A stretch of 64,000 bases of DNA from Octopus bimaculoides (Eukaryota): the NCBI RefSeq assembly GCF_001194135.2, contig NC_068998.1, positions 25,245,424 to 25,309,423 on the forward strand, given 5' to 3'. Of this stretch, positions 39,919 to 52,895 are shown piece after piece. The first letter of the stretch is position 1. Each line of letters opens with the position of its first letter. The notes under the pieces were generated by a model. That model did no database searches. It was given only the letters and a program-made list of their open reading frames with translations, and was not told the DNA's origin. A program made the position numbers and the translations under genes.

Positions 39919-40026
39919 CTGAGGCATAACAGTCAGAATCGTTTTTGCTCTCAGTCAGTATTTGACACACAAGAAATTCAAATAGATGCAAATTGCTGGG
40001 AAGTAAAACAAGAAACATTTCAGCAA
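39919..40026 (+). CDS. Possible 108-bp phase-0 coding exon (LRHNSQNRFCSQSVFDTQEIQIDANCWEVKQETFQQ), unrecognised
   Basis: Acceptor TTTTATTATTCCAG, donor CAA|GTAAGT, one open frame. No homology recognised, so it may be chance. Confidence 0.25.
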
Positions 40027-42724
40027 GTAAGTAACATGCAGCCTTATTAATGAAAGTAACGTAATTTGACTCAGACAAATCGATGTGTATTGTGTATTTT
40101 ATTTGGATAACTTTCGTTATACACAATGTAGAGCCTAACATATGAGAACAATCACATTTTAACATTTCACCATTAAATCGTTGAGATTAATTTGTATTAA
40201 ATTGGTTGAATAAATTGACTATTTTAGGTGTAATTATTCAAACAGATATCTTACAAACAATGTTGTACTTGTAGGAGAAGTATTTCCTACAATTAACAAG
40301 AAGCAATTTGTATTATTTCCTACTTTATTTTAGTAACTAAAAAGTCTTAAATGATGTAAGTGTTGATGCAAAAGAAAATACTTTATAAATCAGGTTGTTG
40401 TTACATTATATAAGAATAATCACGTCTGACATCCCAATAAATGTCAGGCAGTACCTATACAGGAGGACAGAGCATATCGCTTACTGTTACATGATCAGGA
40501 AATTATGCCTATAAAAATAAGTACTGGACCAAAAATAACTAGTTATTGCTTCTATATCGTTACAAATATTATATATTATTTTACCTTATATCGCATTTGG
40601 TGTTCAAATGTTATGGCAATTACAGATGGGTTAATGCAGGTCAATCACGTGTTGATTGATAACAGAATTGATATTGGAACTTAAATATCGCACTGCAGAA
40701 CAATTATTGGAAAGCATAGGTTTTTCTGGTGCGCTGGATGGTTTTTTTAGATACTTTGTTGCGTTTTCGATTAGCAGGCATTACTTCACATTGCCTTAAT
40801 CCATTTGTTTTACTGAGTTGCAGTAATGTTATAGAAAAAATAAGAAAACCTTTTTAACCATGAAGCTATGAACTAAAAGACATGAACTGGAATGTCATTG
40901 GATTCTATAAGACTAATCAAGTCATTGAATAATGATCGCTTACATACACACACATGTATGCATACACATGCACAGACACATATATGTATTACTCACACAC
41001 ATATATGTATTTACATATACCTGTATGTACACTTAGTTACGCATTACGCATGAATATTTACATATTACATACGGAAGTATCACATGAATATTTATAATCT
41101 ATTATGTTTTGGAATATCTATGTAATTCCTCGTGCGAACAGTGTTATGATGTGTTATATAGTGAGATGCTAAGGTAATGCATTGTTTTCTCACAAAAGAA
41201 ATGTTAGTGAAGCACTTTATAATTTTTACCTATTGTTATTGAGATAGGGAAATTGTTAGTTTCCAATGCAGTTTGGCTTGAGTAAAAACACATGCACTCT
41301 GAGGTAGCGGAGATGCAGTCTATTTACATAGCAATAACATCTGAATGGTGAGGTGACACCAATGTAATATGGTATTCTATCCCAAATATGTAGTCTAAGA
41401 AGCCATCCGTGTACGCGAAAGGGAGCATAATTCATCATGCTTCATAATTTTCTACTCTCCAACTCTCCAAACTCCATCCAGTCAGGTATGATACTTGAGT
41501 TTGACCGCTTCGTGTACTGTTTCAGTAAGCAGACAAAATTGTTATGCCGGTCTCCACCCAGACATGACTGGCCGTTGCATTCTTTTCGAGGAGTTGCTCT
41601 GAGTTGTGATAAGTTAAAAGCATTCTTCACTCCTTGTAAACTGAATGAGTAAGGTGGGTATATTTAGACAATATATGTATACTACGATGCAAGTATTGCA
41701 TGTCACATATATTAATAATATGTAGAACCGGATCTCAACTAAATTTAGCGTAGTCAGTGTAGAATACAATGAAATGGCAGTAGGGTCAGTAAACTATGGG
41801 TACAGAATAATACACTAAAAATACAACGTATATGTGTAATGGTAAGTGTATGTAAATATACAGTTTTACGTGTATGTCTTATTAATAATTTTGTAGAATA
41901 TGATATAATCAATATTTCATTCTATTTTAAATTAGGACGACTAAATGATTACACGATCGTTATTAAGACGAGTGGCTTTTATCAGTAATATATCAATTAC
42001 ATACGTTCATTTTCCTTATATTTTTATGTTTGTATAACATAGATTATAGATATATTACAAAGACCTATGGTGGCGTAAAATATATCTTATTAAGTATATT
42101 AAGACAAATCTCTATTTCTTAGTATTACTACATTCGGCAATTTCTATTCCTATATAATAAAATGCTTTTTTCATATATTTGACGTGCAGCTTGCACTGCG
42201 GTGTTTTTATCTCCATCAACTATCAACTGGACTTCACATCTTTTTCAAAGTCAGTCGATATCATCCTTAGATCCTGCAGTGTCATGCAGCACTGATTCTA
42301 CGAGAAAATATATGGGCTTATCTGTCTTTCGTGTATCTGATTTTTCTTTCCTTTTTGTTTTTCTCCTTCTTGTTAAACCAGTGCAAATATACCCGATGCT
42401 CTAATACCCGTACCTTTATATGAAAGTTACGTGACATAAAATAAAGAAGGTCCATAACTATTTTAACCCCACCGCCATTATGTTGTTTTACTGATTACTG
42501 AAGACTTTTTTATAATTTGTTTTCAATTTAGCACTCATGACGAATGAACGAAAATCTATATTTATACTGTTAGCCTTTTCTTTTTTTCTTTATTCTTTTA
42601 TATAACAGCGAAAGTTTTTGCAACTATAATTCAGATATTTCTGTAAATGCATTATTATTTACCTATAGTTCTAAGAAAATGGATTCATGTTTACTGAAGA
42701 TTGTTATAGCCAATAGATATGAAC

Positions 42725-42880
42725 GTGACGGCGTAATTAAGACATTGACTATGTAACTAACAAGTTTCAGGTTTAAGTCCATTGCGCAACCCCTTGAACA
42801 ATGGATTGCTCCAAAGCTCTATGTCGACCAACATATTTTGTGTAAATCGGGTAGAAGAAAGCTGTACAGAAAATCGTTAC
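42725..42880 (+). mobile_element. Old SINE head (family similar to 34421-34803)
   Basis: Degenerate GGCGTAATTAAG..CAGGTTTAAGTCC..TCGACCAAC..GTAGAAGAAAGCTG. Confidence 0.4.
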
Positions 42881-44999
42881 ATTGATGCATTCACATATAC
42901 GCGTGTATACATATTTGGGTTTGTCTCTCATTGTATCAAAACTAGTGTAATTTGTTTATGAACACTAGCGGTTCTGCAAAATACACCAGTAGAAAAAAAT
43001 GTACAAGGTTTAAAATAAGGCCTCAGCAATATTCGATCGGCTAAAAACGATCAAGACTTTGTCTCACCGTGGCTGAAAGAAGTAAACTGATAATAGAATA
43101 AAGTGTTTTTACCTTTCACCCATTCTTATTTGCGATATTTTGAGGCTATTTTATCTAACAGGTATTTCCTTTTCTTTAAGACGGTTGTGTATTTTTTATG
43201 AGATAACAGTGCAATTGAAGCAGAAACAGTAACCAAATATATGATCCTTTGCATCTGACGCGCATATAGCTGATATTTTAATAATCGTACCGTTATATGA
43301 GAGTTTCCTACCATAAAATACTGAGGGTCAGTTATTCAGTTCCTTTTCATGCGGAAACTAGTTGGTTAGAAATTATTTCTTTTCCACGTAAATGAAATAG
43401 CTTCTAACCAGAATTCATAACTGCTGTGCTTGCTGTCCTGAATAATAGCTTAGCTATTTATTACTCTATGATGCTTGACACAAAAGACTGCAAATACGAA
43501 TTCATATTCAATGGAAAACGCGAACAATGCTAGTTTAGAGTCAACAAAACTGCCCCGACAACTATAAGTTTAAAAATGCATACTGAACTATTGTTGAAAA
43601 AAATTGATGAAAGAAGATAACATGTTTATTTGAGAAGTAATTACCTATTTGCAAATTAATATATTCAAAGGAATTGGAAATGTACCAAATGATTGTCCTT
43701 AATTTCCGTTCAACCATTTATTTCCAAACCAGGCATATTGAAGTCAATTCGCTTCGCTGAAATGCTTCTCTATCGGAAATTCTCTCTATACAGTTTACAT
43801 AATTTTGAATCATTAAATTGCTTGTATCTTGTTACTTTTCCTCCCCTTTAATACATTTTCATTAGTAACTTAATTAATATATTCCGAGTTGTAGTTTATT
43901 AGTTTTCGCAAATAATACAATTTAAAACACTATTAAATTATCCGGGAAATTAAACGCTTTCTATTTGAAAGTTTGATGGAGTGAAAACTTAGCTGAAAGC
44001 GGAAATGCTATATGTTCTTTAACATTGATATACATTTGTATCTTGTAACGTTATACCAGAAAGAATCAATATTCGATTAGAAACATCTCAAGAAAGAGAT
44101 AAAAAGTAGTAATTTATTGTTTAATACTATTTGAAGAGAAACACCTATTTATGTTTCGTGGGGAGCTCGTTTGCAGTATTGCATAAATGTGGCTCTGCTA
44201 CAACTTAACAGGATGTAAATACATGTAAATTGTAAATACAGTCCCGAGGTGGACACAAATATTCAAATATTCTACAAATATGCATTCTAAATGGTGGTTT
44301 TGTAGAAAGGTGTGATATTAAATAACTTGATGAGTTTTATGCCCAAGTTAGCTACCCAGGGGACTTAAAAGCAGTCATCTTTAAAATCACTAAATCATAT
44401 GTTCTACAAATTAAATTTAACAATACAGTAAAAGTTAAAAGGGTAATAAGTCACTTGTTATAGCTACTCGGAACATGTAACACATTAAAATCTGTTGCAT
44501 AGTCAGGTTGCCGGCGGCTAAATTATATTGCCATCACGCTAGCTAAATGAGAAGAGAGATTTACGATATTCCGCAGTATGAGCTACACAACCTGTAAATC
44601 CGTGGGTGAGCATATGGGAATCATTGGCCATCCAATAAAACGCACTCAAGTATCAATAGTGGAGTGTTAGCATTTTCCCCCATTTCATTTCCATTTCTTT
44701 TAAACGAGGTTAACAAGAACTAAATTACCTTCATCTCTACAGCTTCAGAGTTGATGACAACAATTTAGCAATTTCAACGTATGTAGCTGAGCTAGAAATG
44801 AAACGATGAAAGAAAAACATCTGGTACAATATTCTATTACCTGGAGCCACGGCATTTGACAACGTTTTCCAAGGTATGGAGATTCTTTCACTCATTTTGA
44901 CAACTTCCTCTGCTATCATGCAATCTCAGAAGGAAATTGCTTGACAACTGCACAGTGAATCGCTTGAGCGAATAGCTCTTTCTTAATACATAAATATTT

Positions 45000-45080
45000 A
45001 TATAGTTTCGATCGGTCTTTTGAGCGGTTGAGACAAATTGAACAACCTTAAAGTACTAATGTTATCCTCATCAGAGTCGG
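45000..45080 (-). ncRNA. Decayed hammerhead core preceded by a pyrimidine-rich tract
   Basis: Minus strand reads CTGATGA-GGAT..GATC-GAAA-CTATA. Stem I and the UH triplet are not recoverable. Confidence 0.3.
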
Positions 45081-45413
45081 TATATTTTGATGAAAAACAA
45101 AGCAGAACAGCGATAAAGGAACGATTCACACATGAGAAAAGGAGTGAATAAAATACGTATAAAGTGAGTGGAGGAGAGATAAAGAGAAAATAGGGGAAAA
45201 GGTGATGAGCTGGAAAAAAGGATAACATGAAAGAGAAAATATAAAGGAAGCGGAAAACGTAGAGGAGGGGAGGAAAGAGATAAAAGAATGAAGGCAGGAA
45301 GGGATATGCGATAGATAGAAATCAAAGAGGGGACAGTGATAAAAAAATTAGTAGCCTTAGTGTATGTTATTGGGTCATCACACTCAAGAACATTTACCTT
45401 TTTTTCCTATGTC

Positions 45414-45599
45414 AGATAATATCCAGCATATTGAAATATGATATTGTCCTTTTATTCGAATGCTCAGCTTAATTCTTTAATACTTGGCTAGTTACTACTA
45501 TCTTAGATAATATGCAGCATATTGAAATATGATATTGTCCTTTTATTCGAATGTTCAGCTTAATTCTTTAATACTTGGCTAGTTACTACTATCTTAGAT
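45414..45599. repeat. 91-bp direct tandem duplication (2 copies, 2 mismatches)
   Basis: AGATAATAT(C/G)CAGCATATTG...CTACTATCTT starts at 45414 and at 45505. Confidence 0.95.
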
Positions 45600-46607
45600 T
45601 GCAAGTAAATTATGTTAGAAAAATATGAAGGGTAAATGGAATGAAAAACGCTGCAAAAACAAAGTTAAGATGGAAAGGTGTAGGAGGTTGTAGAAAAAAT
45701 AGATACAGAGAAAATATTAAGATAATATATAGAGAAAAATGAGGCAACTTAGGTATATCCTTTTGGCATCATACCTGTTGAATAACTATAGTAGAATTTA
45801 CATCATCATTTTGCGAATTTAAAGAAGTTGCTGGAAGTTGAAAGCCTATAAATACAATAATAAATGGAATAGGAGGAACCACATAAAGATAAAAAATGAG
45901 AGGCGATACAGGAGGTGAATAATCTCACAATAATAAAAAAGGAAATTAAAGGAGTAATACAGTAAATTAACACACACCTGAACCCGTGACCCGAAATAAT
46001 AGGTGTAAAAGGATAAGGCTAATGTAGATACTAAAACTTAAAAATAAAAAAATATCATAATAAGAATAACAGATATAAAATGAGTACGATGGTAAGAACT
46101 GGTTATAGCCTTGATCGTTGTAGCCAGTATAAGATAGCCAGTATAGGATACACCTGATAACCTTATNNNNNNNNNNNNNNNNNNNNNNNNNNNNNNNNNN
46201 NNNNNNNNNNNNNNNNNNNNNNNNNNNNNNNNNNNNNNNNNNNNNNNNNNNNNNNNNNNNNNNNNNNNNNNNNNNNNNNNNNNNNNNNNNNNNNNNNNNN
46301 NNNNNNNNNNNNNNNNNNNNNNNNNNNNNNNNNNNNNNNNNNNNNNNNNNNNNNNNNNNNNNNNNNNNNNNNNNNNNNNNNNNNNNNNNNNNNNNNNNNN
46401 NNNNNNNNNNNNNNNNNNNNNNNNNNNNNNNNNNNNNNNNNNNNNNNNNNNNNNNNNNNNNNNNNNNNNNNNNNNNNNNNNNNNNNNNNNNNNNNNNNNN
46501 NNNNNNNNNNNNNNNNNNNNNNNNNNNNNNNNNNNNNNNNNNNNNNNNNNNNNNNNNNNNNNNNNNNNATATATATATATATATATATACATTTATATAC
46601 ATATATG

Positions 46608-46655
<48 letters not shown>

Positions 46656-46659
46656 TAGG

Positions 46660-46860
46660 TGGAGGTGCATGGCTCAGTCGTAACAGGATACGGTTACAGT
46701 CGTGATGTTATGAGCTTGGTTTGCAGATTGGGCTATGTGTTGTGCTATTGCGCAAGACACCTTATTTCTCGTTGCTCCAATTCACTCAGCTGTAGAAATA
46801 AGTTGCGACATAACTGGTGCCAAGCTATATCGGCCTTTGCCTTTCCTTTCGACACCAATC
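46660..46860 (+). mobile_element. Third SINE family (tRNA head plus a central domain resembling Deu/Nin-type SINEs)
   Basis: GGAGGTGCATGGCTCAGT head; TTGCGCAAGACACCTTATTTC..GTTGCTCCA..CACTCAGCTGTAGAAAT. Confidence 0.55.
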
Positions 46861-47159
46861 TTGCTCGGAATTCTGACTTAGTGGAGAACATTCTAGAAAC
46901 AATCCCATGGTCATTCGTGACTGAAGAAGTCTTTACTTTACACAGCCAGCCAATTTCACCAGCTGAGCTGATGATACAGAAGTATCTCAGACGGTCGAGT
47001 ACCCTGATGACATTGTAAATCTGAAAAATCATCTGCCGGCAATATATAAAGAGGATGATGAATATAACATGCATTTCAATACTGATAAGTTTCAAGCACT
47101 CTGCTTTTGACACACAAACAGACAACAGTTTGAAGACACAGGACCAGGGGACAGTGCAA

Positions 47160-47450
47160 TCCAAGAGTTAGAATCAGTATGTGACCTTGGAGTCCATATT
47201 AACAGAGATACAACGTTCCATGTGCATATTGGCAGGATGGCAACACCGAGCAGGCGAGTAGGTGGATGGATCCTTAGATCATTCAGAATCAGAAATAATG
47301 ATACCTTCCTACTCTTATGGAAAACATTTTACCTCAGTTCTCTGGATTGCTGCTCCCAACTGTGGTTGCCGCAGAGCGTCAAACTGGTGGTGGAATTTGA
47401 GGTAATCCAGCGACACTACACAAACAAAAGCAGCTTCGTCCAACTGGCTT
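47160..47450 (+). mobile_element. CR1-clade LINE ORF2 C-terminal fragment
   Basis: DLGVHIN..FHVHI..GWILRSF..LLLWKTFYLSSLDCCSQLWLP..EVIQRHYT resembles CR1 DLGV..ILRxF..LxRPxLEYCxQLWSP..IQR. Confidence 0.8.
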
Positions 47451-47826
47451 CTTTACTGAAAACAGTACCGAAAAGAGACCATATAACACACACACACACA
47501 NNNNNNNNNNNNNNNNNNNNNNNNNNNNNNNNNNNNNNNNNNNNNNNNNNNNNNNNNNNNNNNNNNNNNNNNNNNNNNNNNNNNNNNNNNNNNNNNNNNN
47601 NNNNNNNNNNNNNNNNNNNNNNNNNNNNNNNNNNNNNNNNNNNNNNNNNNNNNNNNNNNNNNNNNNNNNNNNNNNNNNNNNNNNNNNNNNNNNNNNNNNN
47701 NNNNNNNNNNNNNNNNNNNNNNNNNNNNNNNNNNNNNNNNNNNNNNNNNNNNNNNNNNNNNNNNNNNNNNNNNNNNNNNNNNNNNNNNNNNNNNNNNNNN
47801 NNNNNNNNNNNNNNNNNNNNNNTACG

Positions 47827-47858
<32 letters not shown>

Positions 47859-47935
47859 TATAAATATATGTATATATATATCTATATCTATATATGTATG
47901 TATGTATGTAAGTGTGTGTATTTGTGTGTGTCTGT

Positions 47936-48250
47936 GTGTGAGTGGATTTGTGTGGCGGAAACTGACAGAAGACCGTCGTACATATATGTGCGTGTGTGTG
48001 TGTGTTTGTATGTGTGTTTTTGTGTCTTTGTTTCTGTGTTTGAGGCACCAACATCGCTTCACAACCGATGCCGGTAAGTTCCCGTCTCCGTAACTCAACA
48101 TTTCCGGAAAGAGGGACCAATAATATAAATACTACGCTTACAAAGAGTGAATCCTGAGGTCAATTTCTTCGACCAAAAATCCTTTAAGGCGGTGCTCCAG
48201 CATGGCCGCAGTCAGATGACTGAAACAAGTAAAAGAATAAAAGAATATAG
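47936..48250 (+). mobile_element. SINE copy (same family as 34421-34803), 5' part lost
   Basis: GAGTGGATTTG..GGAAACTG, internal (GT)n, CATCGCTTCACAACCGATG, AAGGCGGTGCTCCAGCATGGCCGCAGTCAGATGACTGAAACAAGTAAAAG. Confidence 0.85.
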
Positions 48251-48267
48251 GAATATAGGAAATTTGT

Positions 48268-48740
48268 CCATTAGAAAACCCTGTTCCAGATCGAAGCAGT
48301 ATACGAACCAAAAAGCATTGCTTATGGCCACTTGAATACTGTCGACGTCTAACAGACAACTATACTGCCATGTAACCTCATGAAGTTTTCTCCTCCGAGT
48401 GATTTCTTTTGTGAGCTTCTCACAACACGTTTTTTTATTGCAAGTGAGAGATAACTCCTGCCAACCTGGCTTGAAGACACCCCACCACCACCACCACCAC
48501 CATCACCAGAGCACGTGGTTTTGGTCAGTGTTTGATTTCCTCGGTTGTGGGTACTCTTTGCCAGGCATGGCAGCAGTTTTCCTCGCTTGCAATATATAGA
48601 AAATTCAGTATCATATTATCACTGATTTTGTAACTAGGAATGTCATCCATTAGAAATTGGCAGTATCGTCATCTGTTAGAGGACAACCATATTAAAGTAA
48701 CCATATACTGCTTCGATATGGAATAGAGGTTTTCTAACGG
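48268..48740. repeat. Imperfect inverted repeat, possible MITE or foldback element of about 470 bp
   Basis: 48268-48303 CCATTAGAAAACCCTGTTCCAGATCGAAGCAGTATA matches the reverse complement of 48704-48740 (3 substitutions, 1 indel). An inner match TCTAACAGA..ATACTGCCA is also present. Confidence 0.7.
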
Positions 48741-49410
48741 GCTATTCTTATTGTTACTACAATTGATACTACTGCGTTTGATTGCATAATTGTATCTTCT
48801 GCTATTTCTTATGGAAATTACTCTCCTCCTCTCACCCTCCCACCACGATATCTATAGTTGCCTTTCACTACTACTGTCTTGTTTATCACCATTCCTCCTG
48901 TCAACTCCATTTATATTGTCCTCCTTATAAATTTTAACACTGTTATTATTGCTTACTCCCCTACCTTAATAGTACATGCCTGTATTACCAGTATTTCTCA
49001 CAACATTCCTACTTCTACTTGTACAATGTTGTAATATACATATACATATATATATATATATATAGATATATAGATATATAATATATAATATAATATAATA
49101 TAATATAATATACTGTAAACTTCAAATAAACTAGTCTTATGTTTTTGTTTTTAAGTTTCTGAGGTGGGTGTTACTTTGTTTTGCTAGAAATTTCATTCTC
49201 GTTCAGTGAAATACTTTTTGTGCAGAAGTTGTTGTTGTTTATTATAAGATAGACATTGGAAAGTGTTGCTTCGATCACAACACGACATTTACCAAAGTCT
49301 TTCAAGTTGATATATTATTACACATGTGTGTATATCCATGTATGTATGTATGCATTCATGCATGTTTGCACGTAAGCATATATGTGTCTACATAGACAGA
49401 GAGGAAGAGT

Positions 49411-49465
<55 letters not shown>

Positions 49466-51529
49466 GCATATATGTATATGTATACATATATACATGTATA
49501 TACATGATTATATATATGTATATATATCACCTTTCCTCTCTATGTAAACACGTATATGTTTATGCACAAACATACATGCATGCATACCTATATGCATGCA
49601 GAGAGAGAGAGAGAGATAAGTGGAGAGACATATGCCTGAACCTGTATTAGACAGATTTTGAGAAAGATTGAGTGGTAGAAGAATATAGAAGAATAGTGAC
49701 AGGAAACAGGATATGCTCTACTGAGATTTGAAATAATTCAGAATCTAAAGTATGATGTGTTTCGTGGCGGCGGCGGTGGCGTTCTGTTTCATAGAAAGTA
49801 ATCGCCTTGCGAGGACAAATTTTATTTTGGGATATATAGAATTCTTAAGAAACATAATTCTGAAGACGTAAACAGTACCAAACAATATAGAATGGTGTGA
49901 TTGATATTAATAGATAGTGACTGAAATGATATGTAAAAAGTATTTCAGATGATATTTTATATAAAATAATACCTCAAGTATGTAACGACATACCATGATA
50001 TCTATTATGTCTATGATATGTAGAATTTAAGAGATTTATGGTGCCTAGTAAAGAAGGTGTAATGTCTAGGAAGTGTAGTTGTGAGGAGGCAGCCTTTTCA
50101 ATGTTTCAAAGAAAGCTGTGCCCAAGATTTCTAAGTTGTCGATCATTGTATAGTATCGATTTCTGAAGTGGTTATTCTGTTTCCACTTTCTGTTGGAGAA
50201 AGAGGACAATGTATTGAGCTAGTCACTACAATCGATTGAATGCGTGGTGTGAAGCTTACCACTGAAAGAAAATACAAATCATCTCTACCACTTGCTGCGC
50301 TATTTATCTATTCACATCTATAGTCATTATCGAAGCTAAGGTATTAAAAGAATTGATTGAATATATCCAAAATATTCGATTCTTGTGAACTGATTACACG
50401 AATGTGTACTTCGATGCAATATATTATGATGTATTGTAGTGTAACCAACCGGAAATGACTTCTACTGTTTTCCAGTAGGGAATCATTATTAGAAATGTAT
50501 GAAAAAACAGACTGAATGCAAAAGCTGAAGCTATAATGGACATAAACACACTCTTGTCTAGATTTTTTTTATACTTAGATTTCAAAATATTTTGGTGAAA
50601 ATTATCTCCACAATTCAAAAGACAAACACATCTCCCGTAAATACTTTCGTTTTTATGGTCTCTGCTTTATTTTATTCAAGATGAATGAAAATGAAACCTT
50701 ATAAGGGAAATAACTCATTCTAAGTAGACTTGTTTTATTACGTCCAGTATTGGTTGACAAATCACTCGGAGAAAGAAAATTGGATTCCAATCGACCGTTT
50801 AATAATTAGGCAGTAATATTCCATTTCTCCTCCTATTGAATGTATAGAACATTTTGTAAGGCAATGTCTGTTTTTGAACCTATGTAGTTTTTGTGTGTAT
50901 AGAGCTATATATCACGTATTGGAACATTTAGTATTGTAAACAGTTTTACTTCTGATTTTATTATGTACAATATGGGGTGGGGGACAGGTCTGAAGATGTC
51001 ATTGTGCTTAGCTCTCTTTCAATGTCAGTTGTATGAGTATAATAGTGTACGTTTAGCTGAAAGTATAATTAACGAAGCGTTTCACTATAGCAAATAAAAT
51101 ACAAGGTCAAATTTTACCTGAGCATGTTGCTATATAGACTGTCGACGTTTTCGCTTTTCGATTTCCCATTTTACAGATGATGTTCGAATATGGATACCTT
51201 ATACTTTCATTTAATTATCTATTTACACATTAACGTATCCGTCAGTCCATTATAGATGTATCTTTACTTTTGTTTATTAACATAAAAAATACCCTCACAA
51301 GAGTAGTGTCAATCTATTATTGTTTGGTACACTATCAAACTGCGATGCAGTCTTTTAAGCTTTACATGGGACTCATATAGGGAAAATATGTAACTATTGA
51401 GCTACAGTTGTATAATCTCTGTATTCTAAAATCTAATTCTTAGCTAATATGAAATTGTTTTAGAAAACTCTTGACGTATTATTGTTTTCTAGTTACATTT
51501 GGACAAGCATTACTTAATGACATGGTAAT

Positions 51530-52000
51530 GCGGCTAGCCGGCAGAATCGTTACCACGCCGGCATTTCGTCCGTTCCTATATTCTAAGCTCGAATTCCGCC
51601 GAGGTCTACTTTGTTTTTCATCCTTTCGACGCTGATGAAATAATTGCCACTTATACACTGGTGTCGGCGTAATCGACTAGCCCCCTCCCAGCAAATTTCA
51701 GGTCGTGTGCCTATAATAGAAAAGATTATTTAATGACAACATTCTACTTGAATAATTGATTAATATCTATGCAATAATAATGCAATACTAATTCAAGATG
51801 GAGAGTTGGTGGAATCATTAACTCGCCGGGCTAAATATTTAGCGACATGTCGTCCATCTTTCTGTTCTGAATTCAAATTCCGCCGAGATGTCCTTGGCCC
51901 TTCATCCTTTTGGGGTCGATAACATAAGCGCATCGCTGGGGTCGATGTAATTGACTTACACCTGCAAATGCTGGTCTTGTGCCAAAATTTGAAACCAATA
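51530..52000 (+). mobile_element. Two tRNA-derived SINE copies (about 51530-51730 and 51795-52000)
   Basis: GGCAGAATCGTTACCACGCCGG, AATTCCGCCGAG and GGGGTCGATGTAAT motifs. Confidence 0.8.
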
Positions 52001-52823
52001 TTTCTGCAATAATAGATATGAAATATTCATAATACCATGTGTGAAGCGATGCGTTTCGTTAAAGTCAATAAACTTCTCTACAGAACGAAGCCGTTATCTC
52101 CTGTTCCGGAGAGATAGTAAACATCAACAATTTTTCAAAAATACACTAGAGTTAAAAATGAGAAAAAAGCAAATGTGCAGTAATTTTGTCACTTTTATAA
52201 GAAAAGGTTTTTTTTTTTACCAAGACATACAGAATATGGCACCTTTCTATATTTAATTGTTAATACATTAATCTTATTTTAAAGAATATATTTCCTTTGT
52301 GTCATGAATGATAATTTACAACTAAATATAGCGCTTTATTTTTGAGAAATTATCAGTAAACTTACTACTTTCGAAGTCAATAAAATAAACGGGACTATTT
52401 CTGAGTTATAAGAAAAAATCTATACACACAAACCAAAGAGGCCCATGGAATATCGCCAATATACAACAAGGTATGCCTACACTATGTCGAATATTATCTC
52501 GTTTACGTGCTTGAGATTATATTTGGTAAGTCCTATAGAAAGATAACCATTTCAATGTTTCATACAATCATAAACATAGTTTCGGTTCTTACATGTGTAT
52601 TTGCAATAAATCTACTGCTTCCATTATACTCGAAAGCACGAGCTATTTCTCTATTTACTTTCGGATGATGTAGGATATATACATACATATCCACGTGTAT
52701 ATAAATGTAAACAAATATTTGTGTTTTGATAAGCGTCGAAAGGTACAAAGATGATAATTTATTTTCGAATACAGACGCTGTTAAGACGGCAGAGTCATTA
52801 ACCCTTACAAAGTGGAAGAATTT

Positions 52824-52895
52824 GTCAGCTATAGAACTCGAACCCACATCTTTTGAAGACTCCGTTCAAGTCATTTACCATTAAGCTAAACTGGC
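52824..52895 (-). pseudogene. 72-nt tRNA-like cloverleaf relic (tRNA pseudogene or SINE head)
   Basis: Acceptor GCCAGTT/AGCTGAC has 6 of 7 pairs. The anticodon stem TTGAA/TTCAA is perfect. T-loop TTCGAGT and A-box-like TAGCTTAATGG are present. The D-stem is broken and position 33 is G, so it is not a functional tRNA. Confidence 0.55.

Noticed and set aside
41260-41650. GC-elevated stretch with short ORFs, faintly like a Cys-rich transposase C-terminus
   Set aside because: All frames have stops and I could not confirm the motif order. It needs an HMM search.
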